Below, in pieces: positions 1 to 9,473 of a stretch of 64,000 nucleotides of DNA (within the stretch, counting starts at the first letter, position 1; each line of letters starts with the position of its first letter). A program made the translations under genes and the position numbers. The stretch covers positions 3,760-67,759 of the forward strand of contig CAYUQY010000004.1 of assembly GCA_964447075.1 (NCBI GenBank), in the 5' to 3' direction. Below the pieces are notes generated by a model. It ran no database searches. It worked only from the letters and a program-made list of their open reading frames with translations, and had not been told where the DNA came from. The stretch comes from an uncultured Pseudomonadales bacterium. GTDB lineage: Bacteria > Patescibacteriota > Microgenomatia > UBA1400 > PJMF01.

Positions 1-971
1 TCTCTAAAAGATAGTGTATCTGAGAGCTCTTGAACAAGATGCCTGTCATTGACCAGTTTTTTCACTCCGTATTGTTTTCTTTTCTGCAAAATATACTTAA
101 TGTTCTTTATAACATCAATATATGATCTCAACTTTAGCACAAACCATCCACCAGCTATTGAATAAAAAAGAATAGACAACTCTGTCAGTAAAAATATTAA
201 TGCGAGCTTTAGCAAAGTCGTTTTTTCGTACATTTTTAATATGGATAACAATCTATTTCTTTCTATTAAGTAGAATTTCATTTTGTTTTTTGAAAAAGAA
301 TATTTATGTTTTACTATTGCATCTGGGACAAGAAAATGGTGGTATCCGAAAGCTAGTCCTCGAAAAGAGTAATCCTGATCCTCAGAATACATAAAAAACT
401 TCTCATCAAAATTTCCAACTAGTTTATAATAATGGCGAGGAACTAACATAGCTGCTCCAGAAACACTTCTAATTTCTTTATTAACAGTGAAATTCTCCGC
501 TTTTTCATTATAGCCACCGCAGTAGCCAAATCCTAAATAATGGAGTTCATTCCCAGCGGAATTTACTAGATGTGGACTCTTTTTGTGAACAATAAGTGGT
601 TGAATCAATCCCAATGATGATTTATATCGTTTGTATAACTTGCTATAACCCTTTAACAATGCAGAAATGGAATTCTTTCCTAAGATAGTGTCTGGGTTCA
701 GAACTAAGCAAAGGTCATTGTTTTGCATAAATACGTGAGCCATACCAATATTTGCAGCAGCAGCAAATCCAATATTGTTCTTAGGAAGAAAACAAACATT
801 TTTACAATGACTAAATTTAGTTATAAAGTCTTTAGTCAAATCTGTTGATCCACTGTCAATAAAAGTAATTAGCTCCAGTTTAGTCTTTTGTTGTTTTATT
901 GAACGAATAAGATCAGGCATGTCAGATTCATTGTTATGCGTAATAATAACTAATCCAATTCTTTTTTTCAT
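1..971 (-). CDS. GT2 glycosyltransferase (rhamnosyltransferase-like), truncated by the left window edge
   Basis: Not in ORF track. Manual translation from ATG 971: MKKRIGLVIITHN..FIDSGSTD..NIGFAAAANIG..LVLNPD..SGAAMLV..FDEKFFMYSEDQD; open to position 1. Confidence 0.85.
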   Translation of the reverse strand, partial: MKKRIGLVIITHNNESDMPDLIRSIKQQKTKLELITFIDSGSTDLTKDFITKFSHCKNVCFLPKNNIGFAAAANIGMAHVFMQNNDLCLVLNPDTILGKNSISALLKGYSKLYKRYKSSLGLIQPLIVHKKSPHLVNSAGNELHYLGFGYCGGYNEKAENFTVNKEIRSVSGAAMLVPRHYYKLVGNFDEKFFMYSEDQDYSFRGLAFGYHHFLVPDAIVKHKYSFSKNKMKFYLIERNRLLSILKMYEKTTLLKLALIFLLTELSILFYSIAGGWFVLKLRSYIDVIKNIKYILQKRKQYGVKKLVNDRHLVQELSDTLSFR

Positions 972-989
972 TCACTTAAGCCTTTCAAG

Positions 990-2735
990 CTATCTTACTT
1001 CATAAAGATGTTCATTACTTATGGTATATTCCTTTTGTTTAGAAAAGGAATAATTTACATCTCCCAAATCAAACACAAATTGAGATCTAGAATCTATGCT
1101 TTCTCCTGAGAGAGTCGCACCCTTTCCCACAACTAGATAGCTGACATTATAGACATCCAAGTAAAATGTCACATAAAAAAGTGTCAGAAGATCATTCCCA
1201 ACGAGAGTGATGTGACTGTCAGTCTTGTTCTGCTGCAACAATATTAATCTTGCTTCTTTAGCGATAGTCTGTAATTCATTTGTTTCTTTTCCTAAATTGA
1301 CAAAATCTCCTGTCACTACTGAGTTGGAGAAATAAATAGAAAATGGCAAATAAAAAACAAAGTATATTTGTAACGCCCACTTTCGTAGCCAAATGAATGA
1401 GAATAAAAATATAGAAAGAGTTTGTAGTATCAAAAAATAATGCAAATGTTCTCTTACGGCAGTAAAGCCTCTCAGTTCGGGTGAATCAATACCACCAATA
1501 ACAATTTTATTCATGCTATACCAAAGAAAGAACGCCGGGGCAAATGAAAACAAGATGAATAGATAACTATTCTTAGCCCTTTTTGAAAATAATTCATTGC
1601 TGTTTAAATTATTCAACATTATCATTGCTACTATATAAAAAGATGGAAAGATGAAGCTATAGTACCTAAAATGCAACCTCCCCAATGCCTGGCTAGGATC
1701 TGTGTGAGAGACAATAACTGTAAACAAAGAAACGACTAATATCAAAGAAAATGTAAATAGTGAAATAAGAAACAAAAATGACTGACGCTCTTCTTCTTTA
1801 TTTGTGACTACATATTGACTTTTAACTCCAATATAGAATGAAAGATGTGTCCAAAATGTGTAAATGAGATACAAAACAGGTAAGCCAAATATCGATACTA
1901 AAGTGAAGACATGGTTAGAAAGTACTAGAAAAAAAGATGATAAAAGGATAAGACCCTGTTGCTGAATTCTGCTCAAGAATAAACTTGGAATTACATTATA
2001 AATACCAGCAGCACCAGTATTTGTTACAGTGTAAGTATCAATTGTTAGCATGCGCAGAATTAGATAAGAAGAAATAATTAGCGCTACAAAAAATAACATT
2101 TTTTTAATCAGCTGCCTTTTTGAACTCATTTGCCTAAAATAGGCAGAACCTACAAAATACAATAAAGGTGGGATAATTATAAGCGCATGTATTTTTACTA
2201 ATAACAATAGCGCCAATACAATGCTAGAAAATAATAAATATTTGAATGATGTGCTTTTTGCAAAGGAAACTAATAATAAGACTAGAAACCAAAACAAACC
2301 GAAGTACATTGATTCTGGCATGAAAAATGCAGAATACCAATTTTGTGGAGAATAAAAAGTCAGAAACGCAACAACTAGAGATTGCACAGGTCCAACATAT
2401 CTCTTGGCAATGAGATATACGCACGTCACGCCACTAGCAAAAAATAATAAATTTAGTAACCTCGAGCAATCATAATAGTCATCACCACAAAGATTAATAA
2501 TCTTATAGAATCTTGAGTAAGCAAATGAAGGAATAATGAATCCTTCTATACCAGATTTTCTCACAAGTGCTGAATACTCTACCTCATCACCGAGCACAAA
2601 AACATTTAAACCCTGTTGCCTCTGAAAGAATATTTGCACAGAAAAGATTAAAAAGAAAATGAGGATTACAAGAGTAATGCGTGATACGTATTTATTATAG
2701 AAATTATTAATTATATTAAGAGAATTTTTTTGCAT
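990..2735 (-). CDS. Polytopic membrane protein, probable GT-C glycosyltransferase
   Basis: 581 aa with many TM segments; GDEVEY in the first outer loop, FMPES, K-x-HA, RYY motifs. Confidence 0.6.
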   Translation of the reverse strand: MQKNSLNIINNFYNKYVSRITLVILIFFLIFSVQIFFQRQQGLNVFVLGDEVEYSALVRKSGIEGFIIPSFAYSRFYKIINLCGDDYYDCSRLLNLLFFASGVTCVYLIAKRYVGPVQSLVVAFLTFYSPQNWYSAFFMPESMYFGLFWFLVLLLVSFAKSTSFKYLLFSSIVLALLLLVKIHALIIIPPLLYFVGSAYFRQMSSKRQLIKKMLFFVALIISSYLILRMLTIDTYTVTNTGAAGIYNVIPSLFLSRIQQQGLILLSSFFLVLSNHVFTLVSIFGLPVLYLIYTFWTHLSFYIGVKSQYVVTNKEEERQSFLFLISLFTFSLILVVSLFTVIVSHTDPSQALGRLHFRYYSFIFPSFYIVAMIMLNNLNSNELFSKRAKNSYLFILFSFAPAFFLWYSMNKIVIGGIDSPELRGFTAVREHLHYFLILQTLSIFLFSFIWLRKWALQIYFVFYLPFSIYFSNSVVTGDFVNLGKETNELQTIAKEARLILLQQNKTDSHITLVGNDLLTLFYVTFYLDVYNVSYLVVGKGATLSGESIDSRSQFVFDLGDVNYSFSKQKEYTISNEHLYEVR

Positions 2736-2753
2736 GGAATGTATTTAGTAAAA

Positions 2754-3875
2754 CTAGTAGAACAATCTATTTATCATCTTTTTATAAACTCCCCATAATT
2801 TATACCATCTCATGTTTTCAATTTGTTTCATTTCTTTTAAAATTTGTATGTATGAAGACTCTACTTGAGAATAGCTCCCCTGCAAATGCAGAGCCCAACT
2901 TTCCAATTTTTTATAAGTTTTTTTAATTTTAATTATTTCCGATACTTTTTGCTTGGTTACAATAATGCTTTTCTTATAGTCCTTAATTAGCTTGCTGTAT
3001 TTTTCTTCAAAGTTTTCACTGTATACTTTCAGATTAGTACTTCTTTTTGTGTCTGTGTCCTGTGAAATTTGATTTGATAATGCCAGAAAATAAGCAGCTA
3101 AACCTAATCTGAGATCCAGACCTTTAATATATCTAGTATTCCAAGCAGCATTATCCATCCTTGGCAAAGTTTTAAAGCTACATATAGCAACAAAAAAATC
3201 ACTTTGCTGTGCATTGATTTTCACTCCAGATTGTGTGCAAAATTCACAAGTAATTTTTTTGCCAAAGAAGTTAACAATTTTGCTGCTACTTATACCCTTA
3301 CTGCTACCAATACTTGATTGAAGTGTAAAGTTTTGTACATAAACATTAACAATTGGAAAGAATTTCCTTAACAAAGCGACAAATTCATCATAAGAATATT
3401 CTTTTACGTGAAAAGGATTCCCAGAAGGATATAGAGCTTTATTTGGAGTTGAGACTACAAAAACTCCGTCCTTATTTAACACCTCTTTTACTTCTTGTAA
3501 AAAAACATCAGGTCTTTCTAAATGCTCAATAAGTTCAAATGCAGTAACAACATCAACTTTTTTATTTTCTAAGTGTTTTGACAATTCTTGAACATTGACT
3601 ACACTGAAAGTAGTTTTTTTATTTCTATAGTGTTTTTCTGCATAAGAGATTGCTTGAGAGGAAATATCAAACCCCAGCACCGACTTTGAATTACCAATTT
3701 GGGAAAGTATGTGAGAACCATAACCTACACCACACCCAGCATCTAACACATCCTTATTTTTTACAATAGTACTAGCAAACATATATCTGATAATATGCTC
3801 AAAGTACATTGCCTCATCAGTAACCATTTTCGGGATAATGCGTTCACCAGTAAATATAATTTCTTCGCTTATCAT
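2754..3875 (-). CDS. Class I SAM methyltransferase with C-terminal coiled coil (glycan chain terminator-like)
   Basis: TGERIIP..EHIIRY, VLDAGCGVGYG, FELIEHL, STPN, NPFHVKEY; K/E-rich heptad C-terminus. Confidence 0.8.
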   Translation of the reverse strand: MISEEIIFTGERIIPKMVTDEAMYFEHIIRYMFASTIVKNKDVLDAGCGVGYGSHILSQIGNSKSVLGFDISSQAISYAEKHYRNKKTTFSVVNVQELSKHLENKKVDVVTAFELIEHLERPDVFLQEVKEVLNKDGVFVVSTPNKALYPSGNPFHVKEYSYDEFVALLRKFFPIVNVYVQNFTLQSSIGSSKGISSSKIVNFFGKKITCEFCTQSGVKINAQQSDFFVAICSFKTLPRMDNAAWNTRYIKGLDLRLGLAAYFLALSNQISQDTDTKRSTNLKVYSENFEEKYSKLIKDYKKSIIVTKQKVSEIIKIKKTYKKLESWALHLQGSYSQVESSYIQILKEMKQIENMRWYKLWGVYKKMINRLFY

Positions 3876-3956
3876 ACCAAGTATGTCATTTTTGTGATAA
3901 TATCAGTCAAACCTAATTTGGGCTAGTGTCAGACTCCCAATCAGTAGACCTTATTT

Positions 3957-4136
3957 ATGAACTCAACTCAAGATAGAGAACTACGCTGTCTCCAAGAAAA
4001 ATCAGATGAAGTAGATGAAGAACTTTCAAAACTTGAGCAGTACTACCAACAGCTAAAAAAAGTACGCGCTGAGGTATTAAATAGTAGAATCTACAACATC
4101 TGGATCAAACTTCCAGTCATTATTCGCCATTTTTAG
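3957..4136 (+). CDS. 59-aa coiled-coil micro-protein
   Basis: Below track cut-off. MNSTQDRELRCLQEKSDEVDEELSKLEQYYQQLKKVRAEVLNSRIYNIWIKLPVIIRHF; shares a motif with both neighbours. Confidence 0.6.
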   Translation: MNSTQDRELRCLQEKSDEVDEELSKLEQYYQQLKKVRAEVLNSRIYNIWIKLPVIIRHF

Positions 4137-4194
4137 CTATTTTTTTCAGTAGCTAAATTTCATTTAACCTATAACAGTTGAGATCAGTCATATT

Positions 4195-5574
4195 ATGAAG
4201 GAAAATACAGATTTTTTACTAGATAAGCTCAAGAAAATTGAAAGAACTCTTGAATTACATAAAAAAATTGCTGTAGAGGAAGAATGGTTTTCATCTGTCG
4301 TATCAAAAAAAAGTTTCAGATTGCTGCTAAAATTCGCGCAGTGGATCAAATTCTCGAAAAAACATGATCAGTTAACTACTGCAAGTTTTCAAACTTATAA
4401 CACTAATTGGGAAAGTGACGATCCAATTACATTTCCATTTGTTTCAAAACCTGATGTATCAGTAATCATAGTTGTTTGGAACAAACCAGACCTCACCTGG
4501 TTGTGTCTTAGATCATTAGCGGCAACACAACAATCTAACACCTCATTTGAGGTTGTACTAGTTGACAATTTCTCCAATGATTCCACAAGAAAAATGTTGC
4601 ACAAGGTAAAGAATATTCGTGTCATCCAGAATCAGAAGAATGTCGGTTTTCTGAAAGCTTGTAACCAAGCAGCTGCAAAAATAAAAGGTGAGTTTATTTA
4701 TTTACTCAACAATGATGCTGAGGTACAGAATGCAACTATTTCAGAGCTGCATCATTCATGCCTAAATTCGAACATAGGCGCTGCAGGATCAAAAATCATA
4801 CTTTCTTCTGGATTACTGCAAGAAGCAGGGAGCATTATCTTCCGTGATGGATCAGCACTTGGATATGGTAGAAATGAATATCCTGATGCAGATGAATTTA
4901 ATTTTACGAGAGTAGTTGACTTTTGTAGCGGTGCATCACTTATGATTAAAGCAAGTCTCTGGAAAAAAATAGGTGGTTTCGACAAAATATTTAATCCTGC
5001 GTATTATGAAGAAACCGATCTATGTATGCAACTACGAAACCTCGGATTTAGTATTCAGTACGTACCCCAGTCTCAAATCATTCACAGAGAATATTCATCA
5101 AGCAATGCAACACAAGCAATGGAGTTAATGAAAATAAACAGAAAAAAGTTTGCTCAAAAATGGTCCAAACAACTGATTGCTCATTTTGAACCCTCTACGA
5201 GTATGAAATCTGTCCTTTTTTCAAGAGATGCATATCGTAGGCCCGGATGCCTCATTGCAGTAAGCAACTTGGCAGAATTAGAAGCTGTTTTGTACAAAAC
5301 CAAACACATAGGCACATTCTCAAAAATTAGTGTAAAGTATCAACTTTCCTTCTTTATTCAACAGATATCTATGCAACATTTTTCTAACATACGTGAAAAA
5401 TTCGGTAGAGTATCAATTGAATGCATTTCTCCTGAAAAAACAATTACAGAGCTACTAAAATCTCGTGATGGTTTTTACCAGCATCTTGTTATCACGCCTT
5501 ATTTTGCACACACGAACAAGATATCAAGATTGATTGCTCTCTTGAAGAATCAACCTCAAATAAGTATTTGTTGA
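4195..5574 (+). CDS. GT2 glycosyltransferase with N-terminal coiled coil
   Basis: VSVIIVVWN, VDNFSND, NVGFLKACNQAA, LLNND, DFCSGA, PAYYEETDLC. Confidence 0.9.
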   Translation: MKENTDFLLDKLKKIERTLELHKKIAVEEEWFSSVVSKKSFRLLLKFAQWIKFSKKHDQLTTASFQTYNTNWESDDPITFPFVSKPDVSVIIVVWNKPDLTWLCLRSLAATQQSNTSFEVVLVDNFSNDSTRKMLHKVKNIRVIQNQKNVGFLKACNQAAAKIKGEFIYLLNNDAEVQNATISELHHSCLNSNIGAAGSKIILSSGLLQEAGSIIFRDGSALGYGRNEYPDADEFNFTRVVDFCSGASLMIKASLWKKIGGFDKIFNPAYYEETDLCMQLRNLGFSIQYVPQSQIIHREYSSSNATQAMELMKINRKKFAQKWSKQLIAHFEPSTSMKSVLFSRDAYRRPGCLIAVSNLAELEAVLYKTKHIGTFSKISVKYQLSFFIQQISMQHFSNIREKFGRVSIECISPEKTITELLKSRDGFYQHLVITPYFAHTNKISRLIALLKNQPQISIC

Positions 5575-5582
5575 TATAGCAT

Positions 5583-6923
5583 ATGAAAAAAATCTTACTC
5601 GTTGGACTTTCTCCACTGCCCATTCAAGACAGCCAATACAACCATGCTGGGGGAATACGAACATGGCTTTTTATCCAAAAAATCATTAAGATTTTCCCAG
5701 CATACCAACTGGATGTCCATCTTCTTCATGCTAATACTTTTGATAGCTCACCCTTTCAACCCACCTTTGATATGGGTCTCAAAAATATCACTATTCATAC
5801 AGCATCTGAAAATGCTTTTCACAAAGGATACCTTAAGCAAGTTCTCAGTAGACAACAATACGATGCTGTTATTAGTATAAATACTTACCCAAGTTACTTC
5901 ATGAGTTTAGAAGAACCTGCACAACCATGGTGGGCAGATTTGCAAGGTGATCCAGTTGCTGAGGGTCAGTGTAAATCATTTGCTGATTCCGACAACAATC
6001 ATTACATCAACGCAGTAGAAATGACCAAGTCTATTCTATCTCATGCAGATTATTTTTCATCTTGTTCTTATAGACAAAAACTAAGTATTATAGGACAACT
6101 TGGTATGGTAGGTAAACTTGTAAAAGAAAATGAAGGCATAGATCTTGTCTCTTCAATACCTTTGGCTGTCCCACCAGCTCCTCTAAACACTTACGCTAAA
6201 AATTCACGCTTTTTCCGTATTATTTGGATAGGTGGATACAACACTTGGGCGGACGGTTCAACACTTTTTAATGCGCTGTATTTTGCTTTCCAAGCAAGAG
6301 AGAATATTCGATTTATCTCAACTGGTGGCATTATTAAAGGACATAGCGATTATGTTTATAGTAATTTTCTGCAGGCAGTTCAAGATAGTGAGTACGCAAA
6401 TAGGTGCGAGTTAAAAGGGTATGTGGACAACGAAGAACTTGATCAGCTTTTGTTTACTTCTCACCTTGGTCTAAACATTGACCGCTTTAGTTATGAAGGC
6501 TATCTTGGTGGCAGAAACAGAATCAATACATTCACACACTACGGTCTACCAACCATTACCACAGCAACTTCAGAAATTCCACATGAGCTTGAAAAAATTG
6601 ACGCGGTAATGACATATCCCGCCGGTGATTATCACACGTGTGCACAAAAAATTATTTGGGCAGCAGATCATCCAAACGAAATTTCTGACATGCAGAAGAG
6701 AGCACAAAAATATCTATTAGAAGAAGCATATGCAGAAAAGCACTATCAGGCGTTCTATGAGTGGCTAGAAAACCCTCTCAAAAGCCATACTCTCCCACTT
6801 GACATTAGCGCTTCTGATCCCCCAAATACAAGAATTGACAAGAAACTCATGAGGTCCATATTGAAGTTTGGATACTCCAATGCCTTAAGGGCGTTTATTT
6901 CTGGTAATAGTGCAGAATCATAA
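5583..6923 (+). CDS. GT-B (GT4-like) glycosyltransferase
   Basis: N-terminal ILLVG strand, GGIRTW, IIWIGGYNTW, GYVDNEEL, GLPTITT. Confidence 0.65.
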   Translation: MKKILLVGLSPLPIQDSQYNHAGGIRTWLFIQKIIKIFPAYQLDVHLLHANTFDSSPFQPTFDMGLKNITIHTASENAFHKGYLKQVLSRQQYDAVISINTYPSYFMSLEEPAQPWWADLQGDPVAEGQCKSFADSDNNHYINAVEMTKSILSHADYFSSCSYRQKLSIIGQLGMVGKLVKENEGIDLVSSIPLAVPPAPLNTYAKNSRFFRIIWIGGYNTWADGSTLFNALYFAFQARENIRFISTGGIIKGHSDYVYSNFLQAVQDSEYANRCELKGYVDNEELDQLLFTSHLGLNIDRFSYEGYLGGRNRINTFTHYGLPTITTATSEIPHELEKIDAVMTYPAGDYHTCAQKIIWAADHPNEISDMQKRAQKYLLEEAYAEKHYQAFYEWLENPLKSHTLPLDISASDPPNTRIDKKLMRSILKFGYSNALRAFISGNSAES

Positions 6924-6927
6924 ATAC

Positions 6928-7701
6928 TCACAAAACATCCGCAAATGTACCCTCAGCCTTCCTAAAGAACCATAATCCGCCCACTACCATAGCAATCGCC
7001 ATAACAGCTCCAATTGCCAAACTTGCCCAATTTGGCCAGCCACCTGTAAACAAGACCTGTCTGTAGGCATTAATAAAAACAGCCATGGGGTTTAACCTAA
7101 ATGCAAATCGATACTGTTCTGGGAACATCTCGACTGTGTACATCACAGGAGTCAAGTAAAACCACAAGGTGAGTACCAAGGCGAAGAAGTACTGGACATC
7201 TCGATAGAATAGGTTACAGACAGAGAGTATCAGTGATAAGCCAAAAGTGAAGAGGGTCTGTATCAAGAGAATGGGAATTACTAGTAAGCTGTACTGACTC
7301 AGAGGTACCTGGAACCAGATAAGGAGTGCAAAGAAAGCTATCAAGGATAAGCAAAAATCGAAGAGTTTTGCTAAGAGTGAACTAATAACTAGAATTTCTC
7401 TAGGAAAATAAATTTTCTTGATTAAGCTTGCTCCGTCAACAAGTGAGGACTGAGCGCTATTTATCGAGCTCACAAAAAGAGTCCAAGGTAAAAGGCCGGT
7501 GTAGAGGAAGATTGGAAAGGGCACGCCTATGGCTGGTGACTTGAGAATATAGAGAAAGACAAAACTCATAATCATTATTTGGAAAAATGGGTTCAAGATA
7601 ATCCAAAAATAACCTAAGACTGACTGTTTGTAGCGAGCCTTGATCTCACGGATCGTCAGCTCGATGATCATGAAGTGGTATTTGTGAAAGAGTTGCAGCA
7701 T
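6928..7701 (-). CDS. wzm: Polysaccharide ABC exporter permease
   Basis: REIKARYKQSVLGYFWIILNP, LIKKIYFPRE, YRDVQ, YLTPVMY, LNPMA. Confidence 0.95.
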   Translation of the reverse strand: MLQLFHKYHFMIIELTIREIKARYKQSVLGYFWIILNPFFQIMIMSFVFLYILKSPAIGVPFPIFLYTGLLPWTLFVSSINSAQSSLVDGASLIKKIYFPREILVISSLLAKLFDFCLSLIAFFALLIWFQVPLSQYSLLVIPILLIQTLFTFGLSLILSVCNLFYRDVQYFFALVLTLWFYLTPVMYTVEMFPEQYRFAFRLNPMAVFINAYRQVLFTGGWPNWASLAIGAVMAIAMVVGGLWFFRKAEGTFADVL

Positions 7702-7710
7702 AGTAATTAA

Positions 7711-8475
7711 TTAAACCAAGCTAATGTCAGTTAAGTACTGCTTAATAGCCTCATTAGTGACGCCATCGTACTGAAGATGACCTTCCTTAAGATACAAGAC
7801 CCTCGTACAGAACTCTTTCATAGTCTCCATACTGTGTCCCACAAAAATAATAGTCACGCCTTGGTCTCGGAACTCCTTCATTCTCTGTAGGCATTTCTGC
7901 TGAAACTGCAAATCTCCGACTGCCAACATTTCATCGACTAGAAGAATTTCTGGATCTAGTGATACAGCTACTGAGAAAGCCAAGCGCATGTACATACCAG
8001 AAGAATAAAACTTCACAGGTGTGTCCAAGAACTCACCCAGCTCACTAAAATCTACAATTTGTTTATACTTTAGCTTAACTTCATGGCGTGACATGCCCAA
8101 GATACTAGCATTTAGAAATATATTTTCTTGACCAGTGAGCTCGGGATGAAAACCCGCACCCAACTCGATGAGTGGGATCAAGCGTCCGCTGACACTGACT
8201 TTGCCAAAAGTTGGTTGGGAAACACCAGCGATCATCTTGAGAAGTGTTGATTTGCCAGCGCCATTTTTACCGATTACTCCAATGCTCTCTCCTTTGTTAA
8301 TCTGGAAACTAATATCTTTTAGAGCCGTAATGGATTCTCGTGTCTTTTTGCGACTCATCAAGGCTACCAACATTTCTTTAAGAGTCTTTTGGTGTTGAAG
8401 GTAAAAAGACTTAGTTACCTGGTTAAAGCTGATTACTGGAGAAGCTGAATCACTGTCTAACATGGGCATAAGCAT
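7711..8475 (-). CDS. wzt: Polysaccharide ABC exporter ATPase without a C-terminal carbohydrate-binding domain
   Basis: GKNGAGKST, ELGAGFHPELTG, YSSGM, LLVDE; start may be 8463. Confidence 0.95.
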   Translation of the reverse strand: MLMPMLDSDSASPVISFNQVTKSFYLQHQKTLKEMLVALMSRKKTRESITALKDISFQINKGESIGVIGKNGAGKSTLLKMIAGVSQPTFGKVSVSGRLIPLIELGAGFHPELTGQENIFLNASILGMSRHEVKLKYKQIVDFSELGEFLDTPVKFYSSGMYMRLAFSVAVSLDPEILLVDEMLAVGDLQFQQKCLQRMKEFRDQGVTIIFVGHSMETMKEFCTRVLYLKEGHLQYDGVTNEAIKQYLTDISLV

Positions 8476-8526
8476 AACACATGGATATCCTGATTTTACT
8501 CAATACTAAGGAGAAATACCTAAAAA

Positions 8527-9453
8527 TCACCCCCTCCTCTGCCCCTGGTACCACCTTGCTACATTCTTCACTCCGTCTTGAAGTGTGACTGTCGGTGTCC
8601 AGCCAAGTATTTTCTTTGCTTTCTGATATGAGAGTGCTGATCGAGCTTGTTCTCCTGGTCTTTCTGGACCGAACTGCTTGGCGCTAGGTGCCCCGAATTC
8701 CGATGCGACGATGTCAAAGACAGCGCTAGTGGATGTCTCTGTGTTGGTGCCGATATTCAACTCACCTACAAAGTCACTCTCAAGTGCTAGAACATTGGCG
8801 CGAACTACATCTTCAATATACACATAGTCTCTAGTATGTGAGCCATCTCCATTGATGACTGGTGACTTACCTGCTGCTAGGTACTCACAGAAGATGGCTA
8901 TCACACCACTTTCGCCATGAGGATTTTGCCTAGGGCCGTAGACATTGGAGTATCTCAAGACTGTGTAAGGAATCTTATACTCTTTGTGATAAAAATAAAG
9001 ATAAAGTTCGCCAGACTTTTTAGAGATGCCGTAGGGTGATAGAGGCTCTTCTCTCATCTCTTCATCGAATGGAACTTGCTTATTGCCGTAGATAACTCCC
9101 CCTGTAGAGGCCATGATGACTTTTTTGAGTCCCAGTGACTTGACAGACTCCATGATGTTGAGAAGTCCAAGAATATTGCTAGTGGCATCGAACTGGGGAT
9201 TCTTGACAGAGTAGCCTACTTGGATGTGAGCGGCGTGATGATTGATAACTTCAGGCTTAAAATCTGAAATAGCTTTCTGAACAGACTCTAGATTGGTAAT
9301 GTCTACCTGAAAAAACTTTGCCTGCGGATTGATGTACTCTGTTTTGCCACTAGAGAGATTATCCATAACCGCTACGGTGTGGCCCAAACTAATATAGGCA
9401 TCGACGATGTGCGAGCCGATAAAGCCAGCTCCACCAGTCACGAGAATTTTCAT
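8527..9453 (-). CDS. NAD-dependent NDP-sugar epimerase (UDP-glucose 4-epimerase-like SDR)
   Basis: MKILVTGGAGFIGSH, YGISK, NVYGPRQ, RDYVY; start trimmed to ATG 9453. Confidence 0.85.
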   Translation of the reverse strand: MKILVTGGAGFIGSHIVDAYISLGHTVAVMDNLSSGKTEYINPQAKFFQVDITNLESVQKAISDFKPEVINHHAAHIQVGYSVKNPQFDATSNILGLLNIMESVKSLGLKKVIMASTGGVIYGNKQVPFDEEMREEPLSPYGISKKSGELYLYFYHKEYKIPYTVLRYSNVYGPRQNPHGESGVIAIFCEYLAAGKSPVINGDGSHTRDYVYIEDVVRANVLALESDFVGELNIGTNTETSTSAVFDIVASEFGAPSAKQFGPERPGEQARSALSYQKAKKILGWTPTVTLQDGVKNVARWYQGQRRG

Positions 9454-9473
9454 GCAGACCTTTCTTGATGAGT

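Noticed and set aside
5230-5574. C-terminal tail of the 4195 GT2 as a second active GT domain
   Set aside because: About 110 aa with no catalytic motif; at most a degenerate remnant and cannot be supported without an alignment
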